Made by a program: the position numbers and the translations under genes. Positions 12,680 to 25,568 of a stretch of DNA of 64,000 nt are shown here, piece after piece (the first letter of the stretch is position 1; every line of letters begins with the position of its first letter). This stretch comes from Octopus vulgaris (lineage: Eukaryota): assembly GCA_951406725.2 (NCBI GenBank), contig OX597820.1, positions 72,106,001 to 72,170,000 on the forward strand. Reading direction: 5' to 3'. The notes below the pieces were generated by a model. It was not told where the DNA came from. It saw nothing but the letters and a program-made list of their open reading frames with translations, and did no database searches.

Positions 12680-13025
12680 CCAGTTGAAGGAGTTTTGTCT
12701 TGCAAGGTACTTGGTGGTCCTGTTGGTGCTATGTCATATAAAAAGCACAGGGGTTAGTGCCACATAAAAAGCACTGATGCCATATTAAAAGCACTGGTTC
12801 TGGTGCCATGTAAAAAGCATATGTGCTGGTGCCACATAAAAATCCCCCAGGACACTCTGTAAAGTAGTTAGTGTAAGGGAGGGCATCCGACAGTAGAAAC
12901 CAACCAAAGCTGGCTACAGAACCTGGTGTGGCTCCTGGCCTAGCCAGCTCCTGTCAAACCATCTAACTCATGCCAGCATGGAAAACAGATGTTAAATGAT
13001 CACAATGAGGATGATGATGATGATG
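12680..13025 (+). mobile_element. RTE-derived 3' end with short tandem units
   Basis: gccacataaaaagcac repeats followed by the shared terminus and (GAT)n. Confidence 0.8.
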
Positions 13026-13097
13026 CATGTATGTGTATGCATGATGTGTGTGTATGTGCGTGCGTGCATGTTTGTGTGTATGTATGTTTGTGTGTTT

Positions 13098-13873
13098 GTC
13101 AGAGTGTAAGCAGCTTGAGAGAAAAGTCAGGCGTAATGCGGAGTGCAAGGGAGATGAAAGGGCTGGTATGGTCATGTGATGTGTATCGATGAGGACAACT
13201 GTGTAAAGAAGTGCTGATCTCTAATTATGGAGGGAACCTGTGGTAGAGGTAGAACCAGGAAAACATGGGATGTGGTAGTGAAGCATGATCTCCAAACTTT
13301 GGGCCTCACAGAAGCAATGACTAGTGATTGAGACCTCTGGTGAGAAGAACCGACAAGCCAAGTCAAATCACAGTCATGGCTGATGCTGGTATCATGTAAG
13401 CAGCACCCATGCAGGTGGCACGTAAAAAGCACCTTTCAAGTGTTGAACCTCATGGAGGTAAAGTGGTTGAGCTCCTTTCAAATGTTGGGCTTCACAGAGG
13501 CAATGACCAAGACCTTTGGCATTATGTTGTGCTTTGGAAGAAGACCCATCAAGCCAAGTAAAATCACAGTCGTGGCAGATACCAGTGTCATGCAAATGGT
13601 ACCCATTCCAGTAGCATGTAAAAGCACCTTTTGAGTATTGGGCCTCATGCAGGCAATGACTGAGTTCATTTGGCATTATGCTGTGCTTGAGAACATCCAT
13701 GAAGCCAAGTAAAACTGCAGTCGTGACAGATACTGGTATCACACAAGTGGATCCTGTGCCAGTGGTACATAACCCATTACACTCACAGAGTGGTTGGCAT
13801 TAGGAAGGGCATCCAGCTGTAGAAACCATGCCAAAACAGACCGGAATTTGGTGCAGCCTTCCAGCTTGCCAGC
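13098..13873 (+). mobile_element. RTE LINE 3' fragment with triplicated ORF-end segment
   Basis: EGTCGRGRTRKTWD motif; ttgggcctcac..gcaatgac..caagccaagt block occurs three times. Confidence 0.85.
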
Positions 13874-13875
13874 CG

Positions 13876-14300
13876 TCATCATCATCATCATCATCATCAT
13901 CGTTTAACGTCCGCTTTCCATGCTGGCATGGATTGGACGGTTTGACTGAGGACCGGTGAGCCAGAGGCTGCACCAGGCTCAATCTGATCTGGTAAAGTTT
14001 CTACAACTAGATGCCCTTCCTAATACCAACCACTCTGAGAGTGTAGTGGGTGCTTTTACATGCCACTGGCATGAGGGCCAGTCAGACTGTTTTGGTAATG
14101 GCCACACTCAAAAGTGTTTTTAAATGCTACCTGCATGGGAGCCAATCCAGCTGCACTGGCAACAACCACCCTTGAATGGTGCTTTTCATGTGTCACTGAC
14201 ACGGGAGCCAATCCGTGGCCCTGGCAATGATCATGCTTGGATGTGCTTTTAATGTTCCACTGGCATGAGTGCCAATCAAACGGTACTGTCATTGGGCACG
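13876..14300 (-). mobile_element. RTE-derived 3' end, tail-to-tail with the preceding copy
   Basis: (CAT)n then the reverse complement of the shared terminus and tandem units. Confidence 0.85.
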
Positions 14301-14835
14301 TCAGCAATTTTGGGATAAATTAAAAATTGTTTGAAACACTAGTTATTACAAGAAATAACTAAAGAGAATTATCCCCATAATATGAAATACACTGTGATTA
14401 TATATCATTATCATCATCCTCATCATCATCATCAGAGGACATTAAATGATAACGATGATACATAATCACAGTGTATTTCATATTATATGCTTTAGTTATA
14501 TCCTTATACTAATTTGTGTTTTAATAATTCTTTAGTTCATCCCACTATACATTGTATAACCTCTCTCACCCTCCTCCTCTCTTCATCTTTTAATAACTTC
14601 TATGTCCCACCCCATTCTCCTATTCAACATTCTTTGCCATTTTATTACATCTCTTTCACTATTTCTGGTTAATAAGATAGGATCATTGATATTATTATCA
14701 TCAAATTCACTCAAGGTTGACTTTGCCTTTCATTCTTTTGGGGTTGATAAAATAAGTACCAGTTACACACTGGGATCAATATTATCGACTTACTCCCTCC
14801 CCCAAATTTCAAGCGTTGTGCCTATAATAGAAAGA

Positions 14836-14886
<51 letters not shown>

Positions 14887-14889
<3 letters not shown>

Positions 14890-15016
14890 TAGTTTTATTT
14901 CTATCATGTACTTTCACTTCACTACCGAGCGCAGCTCTGTGTGCCTTGGGTATGTGCTGTGGTTTGCTGTGATGCTCTTATGGTTACTGTATTGAAAGTG
15001 TTTTGCTTAGAATGTA
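14887..15016 (-). mobile_element. Very short R4/Dong-like 3' end in (TAA)n
   Basis: Minus strand reads YILSKTLSIQ* (compare ILRKVLEK* at 33848), then a short 3' UTR running into (TAA)n. Confidence 0.7.
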
Positions 15017-15022
15017 TAATAA

Positions 15023-15053
<31 letters not shown>

Positions 15054-15099
15054 GCTGCTGCTGCTGCTGTTGTTGTTGTTGCTATCATTATTATTGCTA

Positions 15100-15270
15100 C
15101 GCAGGGCAAAATGCTTAGTAGCATTTCATCCATCTTTACGTTCTGGGTTCAAATTTCACTGAGAATGACTTCACCTTTCATCCTTTCAGGATTGATGAAA
15201 TAAGTACCAGTTACATACTGAGGTCAATGAAATCAACTAGTCAGCCCAGCCCAAAATGTAGTAGAAAGAG
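15100..15270 (+). mobile_element. SINE family B, partial
   Basis: Family core present; another partial copy at 14700-14835. Confidence 0.8.
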
Positions 15271-15324
15271 AGTATCACAGTAGTGGTAGTAGTAGTAGTA
15301 GTAGTAGTAGTAGTACATTCTTTT

Positions 15325-15735
15325 ATTTTTTACTTGTTTCTGCCATTAGACTGTGGCCATGTTGAGGCACCACCTATGGGGAATTTTAGTCAAACAAATC
15401 AACCCCAGTACTTAGTTTTTAAGTTTTTAAGCCTAGTACTTATTTTTATTGGTCCCTTTTGCCGAACTGTTAAGTTATGGGGATGTAAACACACCAACAC
15501 TAGTTGTCAAGCAGTGGTGGAAGACAAACACAAACACAAAGACACACACACATTGATATCATATCTGATGGGCTTCTTTCAGTTTCTGTCTACTAAATCC
15601 ACTCGCAAGACTTTGGTCTACTCTAGGCTTTCGTAGAAGACAGTAGAAGATACATAGCCCAAGAGGCTGTGCAGTGGGAATGAACCCAGAAGTATGTGGT
15701 TGGGAAGCAAACTTGTTGCTGCACAACTATGCCTG
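15325..15735 (-). mobile_element. SINE family A
   Basis: Reverse-complement similarity to 4827-5268. Confidence 0.85.
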
Positions 15736-16059
15736 TTGTTTTTTATGCTTAGAATAAGTGTGTGGTGTTTTGCTTCAGTGAAATATAGGTTTATATCCAG
15801 GAAAGAAATATGTAGAAAATTATGTGGAAAAAATTTCTAAATAAAAGAAACATTTAATAGAACAAAATATTTATTAGTTTTCCCTTTTTATTTCTGTATG
15901 CAACAATCTCCAAACAGGAAATTTTGATAATCAAACAATGTCTGTGTAAGCAACATTTTTCAAGAATTTAACATTTTCATAATTGGAATGCTTGTGATAT
16001 CCCTTTTGAGGAAGCAGATTGACTTTGATCTGAGAAAAACTATGTGCTAATAGAGAGAA

Positions 16060-16190
16060 AATGAGAGAATGAAAGAAGAAAGAGAGGAAGAAAGAGATAA
16101 AGAAAGAGAGAAATAAAGAAGGAAAGGTAAAGAAATAGATATAGATAGAAAGATAGAGAGAGAGATATATATAGCTATAATAAGAAAGAG

Positions 16191-16241
<51 letters not shown>

Positions 16242-16273
16242 AAGATAGATAGATAGATAGATAGATATATAGA

Positions 16274-16306
<33 letters not shown>

Positions 16307-16470
16307 TGATAGATAGAATAAGAAAGCAAGATAGATAGATAGATAGACAGACAGATAGACAGACAGGCAGTCAGACAGACAGATAGATAGATAAGTAGAT
16401 AGATAGACAGACAGACAGATAGATAGACAGACAGGCAGATACATACATACACACACACACACACATACAT
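16060..16470. repeat. (GAAA)/(GATA)/(GACA)n microsatellite
   Basis: Direct reading. Confidence 0.95.
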
Positions 16471-16793
16471 ATGAAGATGATATTTCTTATTTTTAAAAAA
16501 TGGAACTTGTGGAAAATAAAAATAAAATGAATGGCTATTTATTTGTAAATTTTCTGAAGAGACAGTTACGACATTTAATTCATAAAACTGTTTTCTTTTT
16601 TGTAATAAGTAACTTCTTTTAAAATAAGAAATTTCTTCAGTTCAACAATGGTCGCTTAATAAAGTTAAATATATTTAACGATGGTATTCAGAAATGAAGA
16701 TAGGCGCACGAGATTGAGAGATGCAGTAAACACAGTTGCCATATTCATTTATGGGTTTACGTCTGTGTGTGTGTGTGCATATATATGTGTACA

Positions 16794-17347
16794 TCTCTTA
16801 TAAAATCTGTTCTGTCTGTCTGTGTGTGTGTCTTCTCGGATCTTGGGCATCCTCCATCCGATTGCGTTCAAAGTTGATATGTAGACACCGACGGTATCAG
16901 GGAGTGTATAAGTTTTGAAAAAAATTACAAAAATCGATTCCAGGTGAGAATGCGATCGATAAAGCCGTTTTTGTCCTGCTTTTCTTCTGTGAACCTGTAC
17001 ATAACTGCACCTTCCATTTTTTGTTGTTTTTGTACTGCTTAAAGGCGTGTTTCTTTCCTGCCAAGCTTACTGTTTAAACCATGTTTGTGTTCTCCCAGTC
17101 AACAGCCTTATCATTACTGGTTCTTTAAACTCTTCGATTGCATATTTGTGTGAATAAAATCGTTTTTCTTTGGAATAGAAAAAGAGTCTATCTTTATTTC
17201 TTCTTTTGTTGGTGTCTCAAATTTAGGTTAAATCAGTGTTTCTCAAAGGGGAGGCGTATGAGACGGTCAGACAAATTGTTTTGAGAAAATTTGGTTTAAA
17301 TATTTGACAACTCAGCACCATCCATTGGACAGGGGGCGTTTTGCTCG
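16794..17347 (+). mobile_element. Non-autonomous Helitron
   Basis: Inserted between A and T; 5' TC(tcttataaaat..ctgtctgtctgt); subterminal hairpin ccatcc-att-ggacagg about 11 nt before a CTCG (CTRR-like) end; no TSD or TIR. Confidence 0.65.
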
Positions 17348-17477
17348 TATATATATATACACACACACACACATAAACACATATAGCGAAGGAGAGAGAT
17401 GAGAAGAGAAGAAGAGAGAGAAACAGAGACAGAAGTTGTATGACAGATGAAACAACTTCACAATCATCATCAATATC

Positions 17478-18525
17478 AATCATCATCATCATCATCATCG
17501 TTTAACTTCCATTTTCCATGCTAGCATGGGTTGGGCGGTTTGACTGAGGTCTGGGGAGCCAGTGGCTGCACCAGACTCCAGTCTGATCTGGCAATGTTTC
17601 TACAGCTGGATGCCCTTCCTAACGTCAACCACTCCGAGAGTATAGTGAGTGCTTTTTATGTGTCACTGGCACAGGAGCCACAGGAGCCAGTCAGGCAGAC
17701 CTGGCATCGACCACGTTCAGATGGTGCTTTTTATGTACCACCGGCATGGGAGCTAGTCAGGGGGTTCTAGCATTGGCCATGTTCAGTTTTTGGTTTTTAC
17801 GTGCCACCAGCACATGAGCCAGTCAGGCGGACCTGGCATTGGCCACGTTCAGATGGTGCTTTTTACGTGCCATCGGCACAGAAGCAAGTCAGGGGCACCA
17901 GCCCCAGCTACGATATTGGTTTTACTTGAGTCAACAGGTCTTCTCAAACATATATCACCCGACGCATCAGGGGCATTCTTAACAGGGCCAGACATGTGTT
18001 GCTGAGATCTCACTTTAGTTACCAGGTCTTCTCAATCACAGGTTCCTTCTACAGTTAGGGAGTGACACTTCCTCAGACAGCTGTCTTCATTCATACATAG
18101 CACATGGCCATATCAGCACAGTCGCCTCTCTTGCATACCATATTTGATGCTGCTTATGCCCAACTTTTCACTCAGGGTGCTTATATTCTGTCGTGTATGC
18201 ACACTGACATTACACATCCAGTGGATCGTACTAGCTTCATTTGTTTCAAGTCTACGCATGTCCTCAGTATTCATGGCCCATGGTTCACTGATGTGTAGCA
18301 TGTCAGTTCACACTCATGCACCATACAGTCTTACCTTTCACCCTGAGCAAGAGGTCCTTAGTTGCCAGCAGAGGTAGGAGCTCCTTGAACTATGTCCAGG
18401 CTATTCTTACTCTAGTCGCTACATTCTCAGAGCAACCACCCCTACTACAAACTTAGTCGCCTAGGTAGCAGAAGCAATCAACTACTACTAGTTTCTTCCC
18501 CTGGCATGTGATAATCTGTTTTCTG
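17478..18525 (-). mobile_element. RTE LINE 3' part with tandem-repeat 3' UTR
   Basis: Minus strand translates VVDCFCYLGD..RVRIAWT*FKELLPLL and EDMRRLETNEASTIHWMCNV; shared terminus. Confidence 0.9.
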
Positions 18526-18619
18526 TACATCTTCAGTGTTTATTGCCCCAGTGCATCTGCCACACACAAAAACTATTTTCCCAGTTAATCTTCCTTTGAT
18601 CATCATCATTATTATTATT

Positions 18620-19070
18620 AAGGTGGTGAGCTGGCAGAATCATTTGTAAGCCAGGCAAAATGCTAAGCAGCATTTCATCAGTCGCTATGTTCTGAGTTCT
18701 AATTCTGCTGAGGTCAACTTTGCCTTTCATCCTTTCGAGGTCAATAAAATAAGTACCAGTTGAGTACTGCGGTCAATGTAATCGACTTACTCCCTCCCCC
18801 AAATTCCAGGCCTTGTGCCTATTCTAGAAAGTATTATTATTATTGTTATCATTATTAAGGCTGTAAGCTGGCAGAATCATTAGCATGCCAGGTGAAATGC
18901 TTAGTTAGAATTTCGTCTGTCTTCACATTCCAAGTTCAAATTCTGCCAAGGTCAACTTTGCCTTTCATCCTTTTGAGGTCAATAGAATAAGTCCCAGTTG
19001 AAGGCTGGGGTTAATATAATCGACTAGCCCTTTCCCCCAAATTTCAGGCCTTGTGCCTTTAGTAGAAAGG
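18620..19070 (+). mobile_element. Two tandem SINE family B copies separated by (TTA)n
   Basis: Copies at 18620-18830 and 18857-19070. Confidence 0.9.
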
Positions 19071-19092
19071 ATTATTATTATTATTATTATTA

Positions 19093-19126
<34 letters not shown>

Positions 19127-19149
19127 GAGGGTTACTACAGCTTCTTGGA

Positions 19150-19740
19150 AGACTTGCCCATCATTTGTGGGATTAACACAATGTCAGTCTGAAAATAAAA
19201 ACAAGTTTAAACAAATCTTATATTTTGAGCACACTTGTATGGAACAGAAGCATGGACTCCCCACTACAGACATATAAAGAAACTTGAAACCTTCCACAGG
19301 TGCCAATTGCACAACATATGCGACACAAAATGACAAGATAGAATATCCAATGGCAAAATCTTTTTTAAAAATGTGATATCTCCAGTATCCAAGGCATATT
19401 GTTGGAATGAAAACTTATTGCATTTCAAAAATTCTTTTGTATTGCTAACAATTGAAGGGATATTGCAACAAAGGAATACCTCTCCTTAGGTATAGGGATA
19501 AGTTGAAGCAATCACTAAAACCTTTACAGCTTAACCTGACATCTTGGGAAAATCATTGCCTAGATCGATCTGCATGGCATTAAATGCGTGACAATACATC
19601 CAAACAATTTGCTTTGAAGAAACAGAACAATAGAAGAACTATATCCTGCATTCAACAGACATATTTGCCCAATCTCAGGCAAAATCAAAATCCTCAATGT
19701 CCCTTCATAACGAAATCCATATCTGGACTGAAATTACATT
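19150..19740 (+). mobile_element. Decayed RTE (BovB-type) ORF C-terminal remnant
   Basis: With frameshifts reads ILSTL-YGTEAWTPHYRHIKKLETFHRCQLHNICDTK*QDRISN. Confidence 0.7.
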
Positions 19741-19881
19741 CACGCATCTATTGCAAATAGATAAGGCTTCTTAGTTTTGGGTTTTGCTTTTTTTTCACTA
19801 TTGCTCTCTTTAACTTTAAGTTCTCTTCTTTAAATACTTCAGAAACAACTGACAGGTGCAAACATCATTATTATTGTTATT

Positions 19882-20095
19882 AAGGCAGCCAGCTAAGCAG
19901 AATTGTTAGCACTCCAGTCACAATGCATAGTGGCATTTTGATTATCTTTATGTTCTAAGTTCGAATTCTGCAGAGGTCAATTTTGCTTTACATCCTTTCA
20001 GGGTCACTAAAATAAGTACAAGTTGAGTACTGTGGTCAATGTAATTTACTCACCCCTCCCTCAAAATTGCTGGCCTTGTGCCAAAATTTGAAACC
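19882..20095 (+). mobile_element. SINE family B
   Basis: Full family match. Confidence 0.85.
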
Positions 20096-20129
20096 CTTAT
20101 TTTTATCATTATTATACTTGGTGACAGAT

Positions 20130-20650
20130 CTATCTAGCAATGGGAGAGCAGAATGGAAGAGGTTTGCCAGTGATCTACAGTTTGAGAATCAGAGTTACCA
20201 GGAGTCTTGGATTGCAAGATAGTGTAGCATGAAAAGTTGTTGGAAAGAAGTGTATACAGATGGATGATAGTACACTTGCACTTCGTGATTCTGAAAAATT
20301 ACTACATTTGGAGAATGCATGGGAGAAAGAGCATCTTCTTTATGTGGACCCAACTGAGGAACCAGCCCTCAGAGTTGGCTGCAGCATATTAGATAAAGCA
20401 ATTAATGATATGCAGACTGAGAAAGACTCTGCTCCATCAGGTATTACTACTGAGATTCCTAAAATATCTAGCAGAGCAGGATACAGCCAAGTCACACATA
20501 TAGTTAATCAGGTTATATAGGAAGGTACCGTACCCAACGACTGGTGTAGAAGTATTATAGTAAACAGTTACAAGGATAAACGAGATGCCTCAGAGAGAAG
20601 TAATTACAGAGACATCAAATTGTTGGACCAGTTCATGAAAATCACAGCAA
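20130..20650 (+). mobile_element. RTE LINE internal fragment (start of the RT domain)
   Basis: DKAINDMQTEKDSAPSGITTE..VPNDWCRSIIVNSYKDKRDASERSNYRDIKLLDQFMKI. Confidence 0.85.
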
Positions 20651-20689
20651 ATAAGGACGATAGTAGGGCTACTAATAGCTACTGTTCGA

Positions 20690-21940
20690 GCTAACAGGCT
20701 AGGTCTCTTTAAATGTATGGAGACATTCCTGTGAACATTTTGCTCATTAATGTTAGTGGGTGATTGAAATAGCATTTTGAATGCTGAAAGATTGCATGGG
20801 TGTAACCAATAGAAATGGGTACAAAAGCCTTGCAAACTTTCTCAGGAACTTCCTAGTGACAGGTTTCACCAATATTTCCTGAATGTCCCAATGTGAACTC
20901 AATCTAATCACAGCAGGTAATCCAGGTCAGATAGCATTTTCATTCGATTAACAGTTAAGGCTAGCATAAGTTGTTTGCAGTTTCTGATAATTGGTTCTGA
21001 GGATCACAAATTTATGACCTGTACACATGGTACATATGGACCTGAAACCCCATTCTAAGTCAACTCAGGATAGACTAATAGACAAAGATCTGGGTACTGG
21101 AAACTGAACAGTTCCTTTGTGCTATAGAGAGATTTAAGAAACTAGATCATGGAACTAATTAAGTGGAATTTGATGGTTGACATCATCAAAAACTTGTAGT
21201 GGGTTTTGCTAAAGACATAAATTAGAAGAGCTGCAATTAGATTTAGTAAGGAGAAATTTGTAGAGAATAACAGAGTATAGAAAGAATTAGTTGACCATTT
21301 AGAAGAAGTTCATAGAACTGATTTTGCAAATGACATGTTATGGGCAAGGATGCTGCTCAACTATTTCTTTCATGTGAGACATGAAGAATGTATTGTCAGT
21401 GCTAAGGTGCATGTACTGAACCAGCACGGTATGAAAGCTGTTTGATGGGACAGGGTGGCAGTAGCACAATGTGGTAATAAATACAGAATTTGGTAAATGG
21501 CAGACCATGGCAGCATATGCTCTCTCTCTCATTCCAAACAGATGGATGCAATTTTCTAACATGACTTTACTGAACTGTTCTTGTTAAGCGGCAGACCAGA
21601 AATGGGTGTGCTTCGGTGCTTATCTCGATGGTTTGCTGCTACTACTGAGCAGGAAGATTAGGTGTTGTAAAAAAACTGATTTCAGCAAATTAGTGTATGT
21701 GCTGAGCTGTTGTTTGATGTGCTGATTGTCAGGAGTGGATGCAAAAGTAGTGTGATGGACTTGTCTGAAAAGTATTTTTCTCTTTGTCCAAGCTCTCATC
21801 AATTTATTCAAATACCAATTGAAGAGGTTAAGATTAAAGAGAGAAGTACTGTCTTCTAGCATGTTCAATGAAGGATGGATGAGAATGGTGAAGCTGGCAA
21901 AGCTGAACAAACCTACTCTGAGTAAACATTTCAAACTAGG
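20690..21940 (+). mobile_element. Heavily decayed and deleted Tx1/L1-like LINE
   Basis: Remnants VGD*NSILNA, EDHK and GYWKLNSS of the AP endonuclease region; C-terminus INLFKYQLKRLRLKREVLSSSMFNEGWMRMVK. Confidence 0.65.
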
Positions 21941-22014
21941 AGGAAGAGAACAGAGGGGAGAGCATCTTTGAAGCCTTCAACAGAGTAATCTGGGCATTTG
22001 CATGAGGTTTTATG

Positions 22015-22708
22015 CCTCTGCACATCCTCATTCAGTGTCTGGGCATTGCTGACTTGTGGGGTTATGTTGAACAGCTACTGTCACATGTGGGATGGATCCA
22101 TCTTTTGGCAGAGTCTGTAGTGAAGATTGCACCACCACCCTCCTTCAATCAGGCAGAAAGGCAGTTTTCCTTTGCCTGGCGGCTATGGCAGAAGAGGTTG
22201 TTTGGTGGACAAGGCTGAAAGGCATGAAGACAGATACATTCCTCTTTGGTAGGGCTCTCATTAACTTCTTCAAGTTTTACTTGAAAAGGAAAGTGAGGGT
22301 GGAGAGGGAGGTGCTATCCTTGAGTGAATTTATTGAGAAGTGGATGAAAGTTGCAAAAATGGCAAGAGTGGATGGTACTTCTCTAAGTGTAGATCTGTGA
22401 ATCGGAGAGAAGGAATTGGAGAGGGTATTTACTCATAGGGTCTCAGGGAAATCTCAGACAGTAGGGTTCCTCAATAATCCCTAGAGGTGTTCCTGTTTCA
22501 GGAGGGCCACAGCACTATCATCCTCCCCACTACACTTTCTTTTTGTACCTCTGGATGCTATGCAAACGGCTCCTCTTTCCCAGTATTATACTGTGTATAC
22601 TTTTCTTTTATTTATCATTTCATTATTATATGTAAACCCTGCACACTTTATGTCTGTCTCTGTATTGCCCCCTCATCTTTTGCCCTTGTGGCAAATAAAT
22701 GAAATCAT
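22015..22708 (+). mobile_element. Tx1/L1-like LINE 3' end
   Basis: zf-RVT-like HILIQC..DLWGYVEQLL; ORF end LINFFKFYLKRKVRVEREVL..VDL* at 22400; 3' UTR ending gcccttgtggcaaataaatgaaa. Confidence 0.8.
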
Positions 22709-22713
22709 TAATA

Positions 22714-22741
22714 TTGTTGTTGTTGTTGTTGTTGTCGTTGT

Positions 22742-22827
<86 letters not shown>

Positions 22828-22870
22828 CTGCTGCTGCTGTTGTTGTTGTTGTTGTTGTTGCTGCTGCTGT

Positions 22871-22932
<62 letters not shown>

Positions 22933-23041
22933 TTGTTGCTGCTGCTGCTGCTGCTGTTGTTGTTGTTGTTGTTGTTGTTGTTGCTGCTGCTGCTGTTGTT
23001 GTTGTTGCTGCTGCTGCTGCTGTTGTTGTTGTTGCTGCTGT

Positions 23042-23097
<56 letters not shown>

Positions 23098-23153
23098 TTG
23101 TTGTTGTTGCTGCTGCTGCTGTTGTTGTTGTTGTTGTTGCTGCTGCTGCTGCT

Positions 23154-23205
<52 letters not shown>

Positions 23206-23260
23206 TTGTTGTTGCTGCTGCTGCTGCTGTTGTTGTTGTTGTTGTTGCTGCTGCTGCTGC

Positions 23261-23310
<50 letters not shown>

Positions 23311-23324
23311 TTGTTGTTGTTGTT
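22714..23324. repeat. ~610-bp compound (GTT)n/(GCT)n microsatellite
   Basis: Direct reading. Confidence 0.98.
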
Positions 23325-23745
23325 AAGGCAGTGAGCTTGCAGAATCATCAGCATGCTGGATGAAATGCTTAGCAGCATTTCATCTATCTCTATGTTCTGA
23401 GTTCAAATTCTGCTATGGTTAACTTTGCCTTTCATCTTTTGGGGTTGATAAAATAAGTACTAATTGAGTACCGGGGTCAGTGTAACCAACTTTTCCCCTT
23501 TACCAAAATTTATGGCTTTGTGCCTTATAGTAGAAAAGATTATTGCTATTGTTATTTTTTTTAACATTATTGTTGTTGTTTTAATTTTTTGTTTTTTGCC
23601 TTTAACTCTCTCCAAGGTCAATATTACCTTCCTACACTCTTGGATCAATAAAATAAAGTACCAGTCAAGTACACTGGAGTTCATATAATTGACTGACCCC
23701 CCCACCATCCTCAAATTGCTTGACTTGTGCGTAATTTAGAAACAA
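23325..23745 (+). mobile_element. SINE family B, one full and one partial copy
   Basis: Copies at 23325-23540 and 23605-23745. Confidence 0.85.
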
Positions 23746-23766
23746 TTATTGTTTTTGTTATTGTTG

Positions 23767-23820
<54 letters not shown>

Positions 23821-25568
23821 GCATATACACGCACACATACAAGTCTGCATCTATGTGAAGATGTGTGTGTGTGCATGTATGATCTTTTTCACTTTTATTG
23901 ACAAAAGAATGAATTCTGTTTGAAATGCTTCGACCCACCCACTTCTTTAGAATATTCAGAACAGATAGATTCTATGTAGAATAATGGATAAATATTCAAC
24001 TTTACAACCACCATACTTGCAATTGTGCTTTTTTTAGTTTAATTGAACAGAAAGGCCAAGAGGATAGTAAACATAAATAGGTATAGTGATATCAAAATAT
24101 CTCCACATTAAGTGGATCAATAGGGAATAGTATTGAGCGTGTTGATGTAGCTCTGTGTTAGCTTCCATTGATCTACCTTCATCTCAGCAGCGACTAGCTG
24201 TAAGGTATAAAATAATGGTAAAGCCACACAAATAAACCTTGTCAGAAAACAAATGCCATTCATAAAACTAGAATCATAGACACAGTTTTACTTCCTAACG
24301 TGAGAATAGTAGGCAATTCTTGAAAAATTAAATAAATACTTGATGTGTTGCATGTAACATTCTCTTTGTAGTAATGATATAAGGAAAATTACTTGTTGCT
24401 GGGTAGCCCCCTCGTATATGGCCAGGAAAATCTGTTGAAAGTTTTTCACAACTGTAGTCTACATGTTCGGTGTAATATTAGAAAAGCAATGTTACATTTT
24501 CTTGAAAGTAAAAGAAATGTTTTTATAAGCTGTTCTTGTGGAATAAGAAAAAGACTTTTTGTTTCTGTTATTTCATATTTTATTTTTATGTGTTTTGTTA
24601 TTGTCAAGTACTTCTATATTGTTATTCGCCTACTTGTATGAAGGAGGAACTCATTTCTAGAGAAAGCAATAATGAGGTGAAACTTTTATTTGTTTGCTAT
24701 AAGATTAAAAGGAAGATAATAGAGAATAGTATTGTCTGCATAAGAGAGACCAGATAAGGCCAGATACTACGGTGTTGAGACCTTTGATGATAAGAAATTA
24801 GAAAGAAGACTTGTGAGATGTCTGATCCCAGTAGAAATTCCAAACTGATAAGAAAATTTCAGAGATATCTTGTAAACAGTAATCTAATATCTACAGTTAA
24901 AGTTAGACTATGCTTCACTGATGAGGTGTAATAAGAATGAAACATATCCATAGTTGTCACCACACTACCAAAGATCAAACTCACCCCTGCACCTATATTT
25001 AGCTGAGGTTTATTTTCAGCTTCTGAATTAACAGAAAGGGGCAATAATTATGGCATTTGCAGGCCCTCCAAGACCAGTGAGACTGATGTCAATAACACTA
25101 CACCATTTAAAAGGAAGTGGTCTTGTAGAATTGGTACCACCTCAGAGAAAGTGTTTGGTGACATTTCTTCCGGCTCTTTCTGTTTTAAGCTCAAATGCTA
25201 CTGAGGTTAACTTTATCAGAATTACTGGCCTTGTGCCAAAATTAGAAAGAATTAATGTTGTGTTTAAACTGCTGCAAGTCAATATTCACATGAATGACAT
25301 GAGCATGGAGAAGATTTTGGTGGGATACTGTTCTGAGGAGGAAGGATTGAACATAGTGATTAGTGTGGAACATGGAGGGCTGGACACAAAATGGATGATT
25401 TGAAGAGAAAGAGAGAGACAAGTCTGGAAGAAATGCATGGCTGGAGGAGGCCTCAAGACCAGCCAACTGTGAGGAAGAGAGGCTGTTGTACTAGTTGTAA
25501 AAAAGGTATTTCAAGGTCCAGCAGTTGAGGAAGAAAGTCAAGCTAGGGATCATTGCCAGAGGGATTAA

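Noticed and set aside
22560-23378. ORFs of 211-267 aa (poly-V/A, poly-L, poly-N/S)
   Set aside because: Pure microsatellite.
24905-24956. Hammerhead-like CTGATGAG..GAAACATATC
   Set aside because: No stem II pairing and stem I is offset by 5 nt; at best a very decayed relic.
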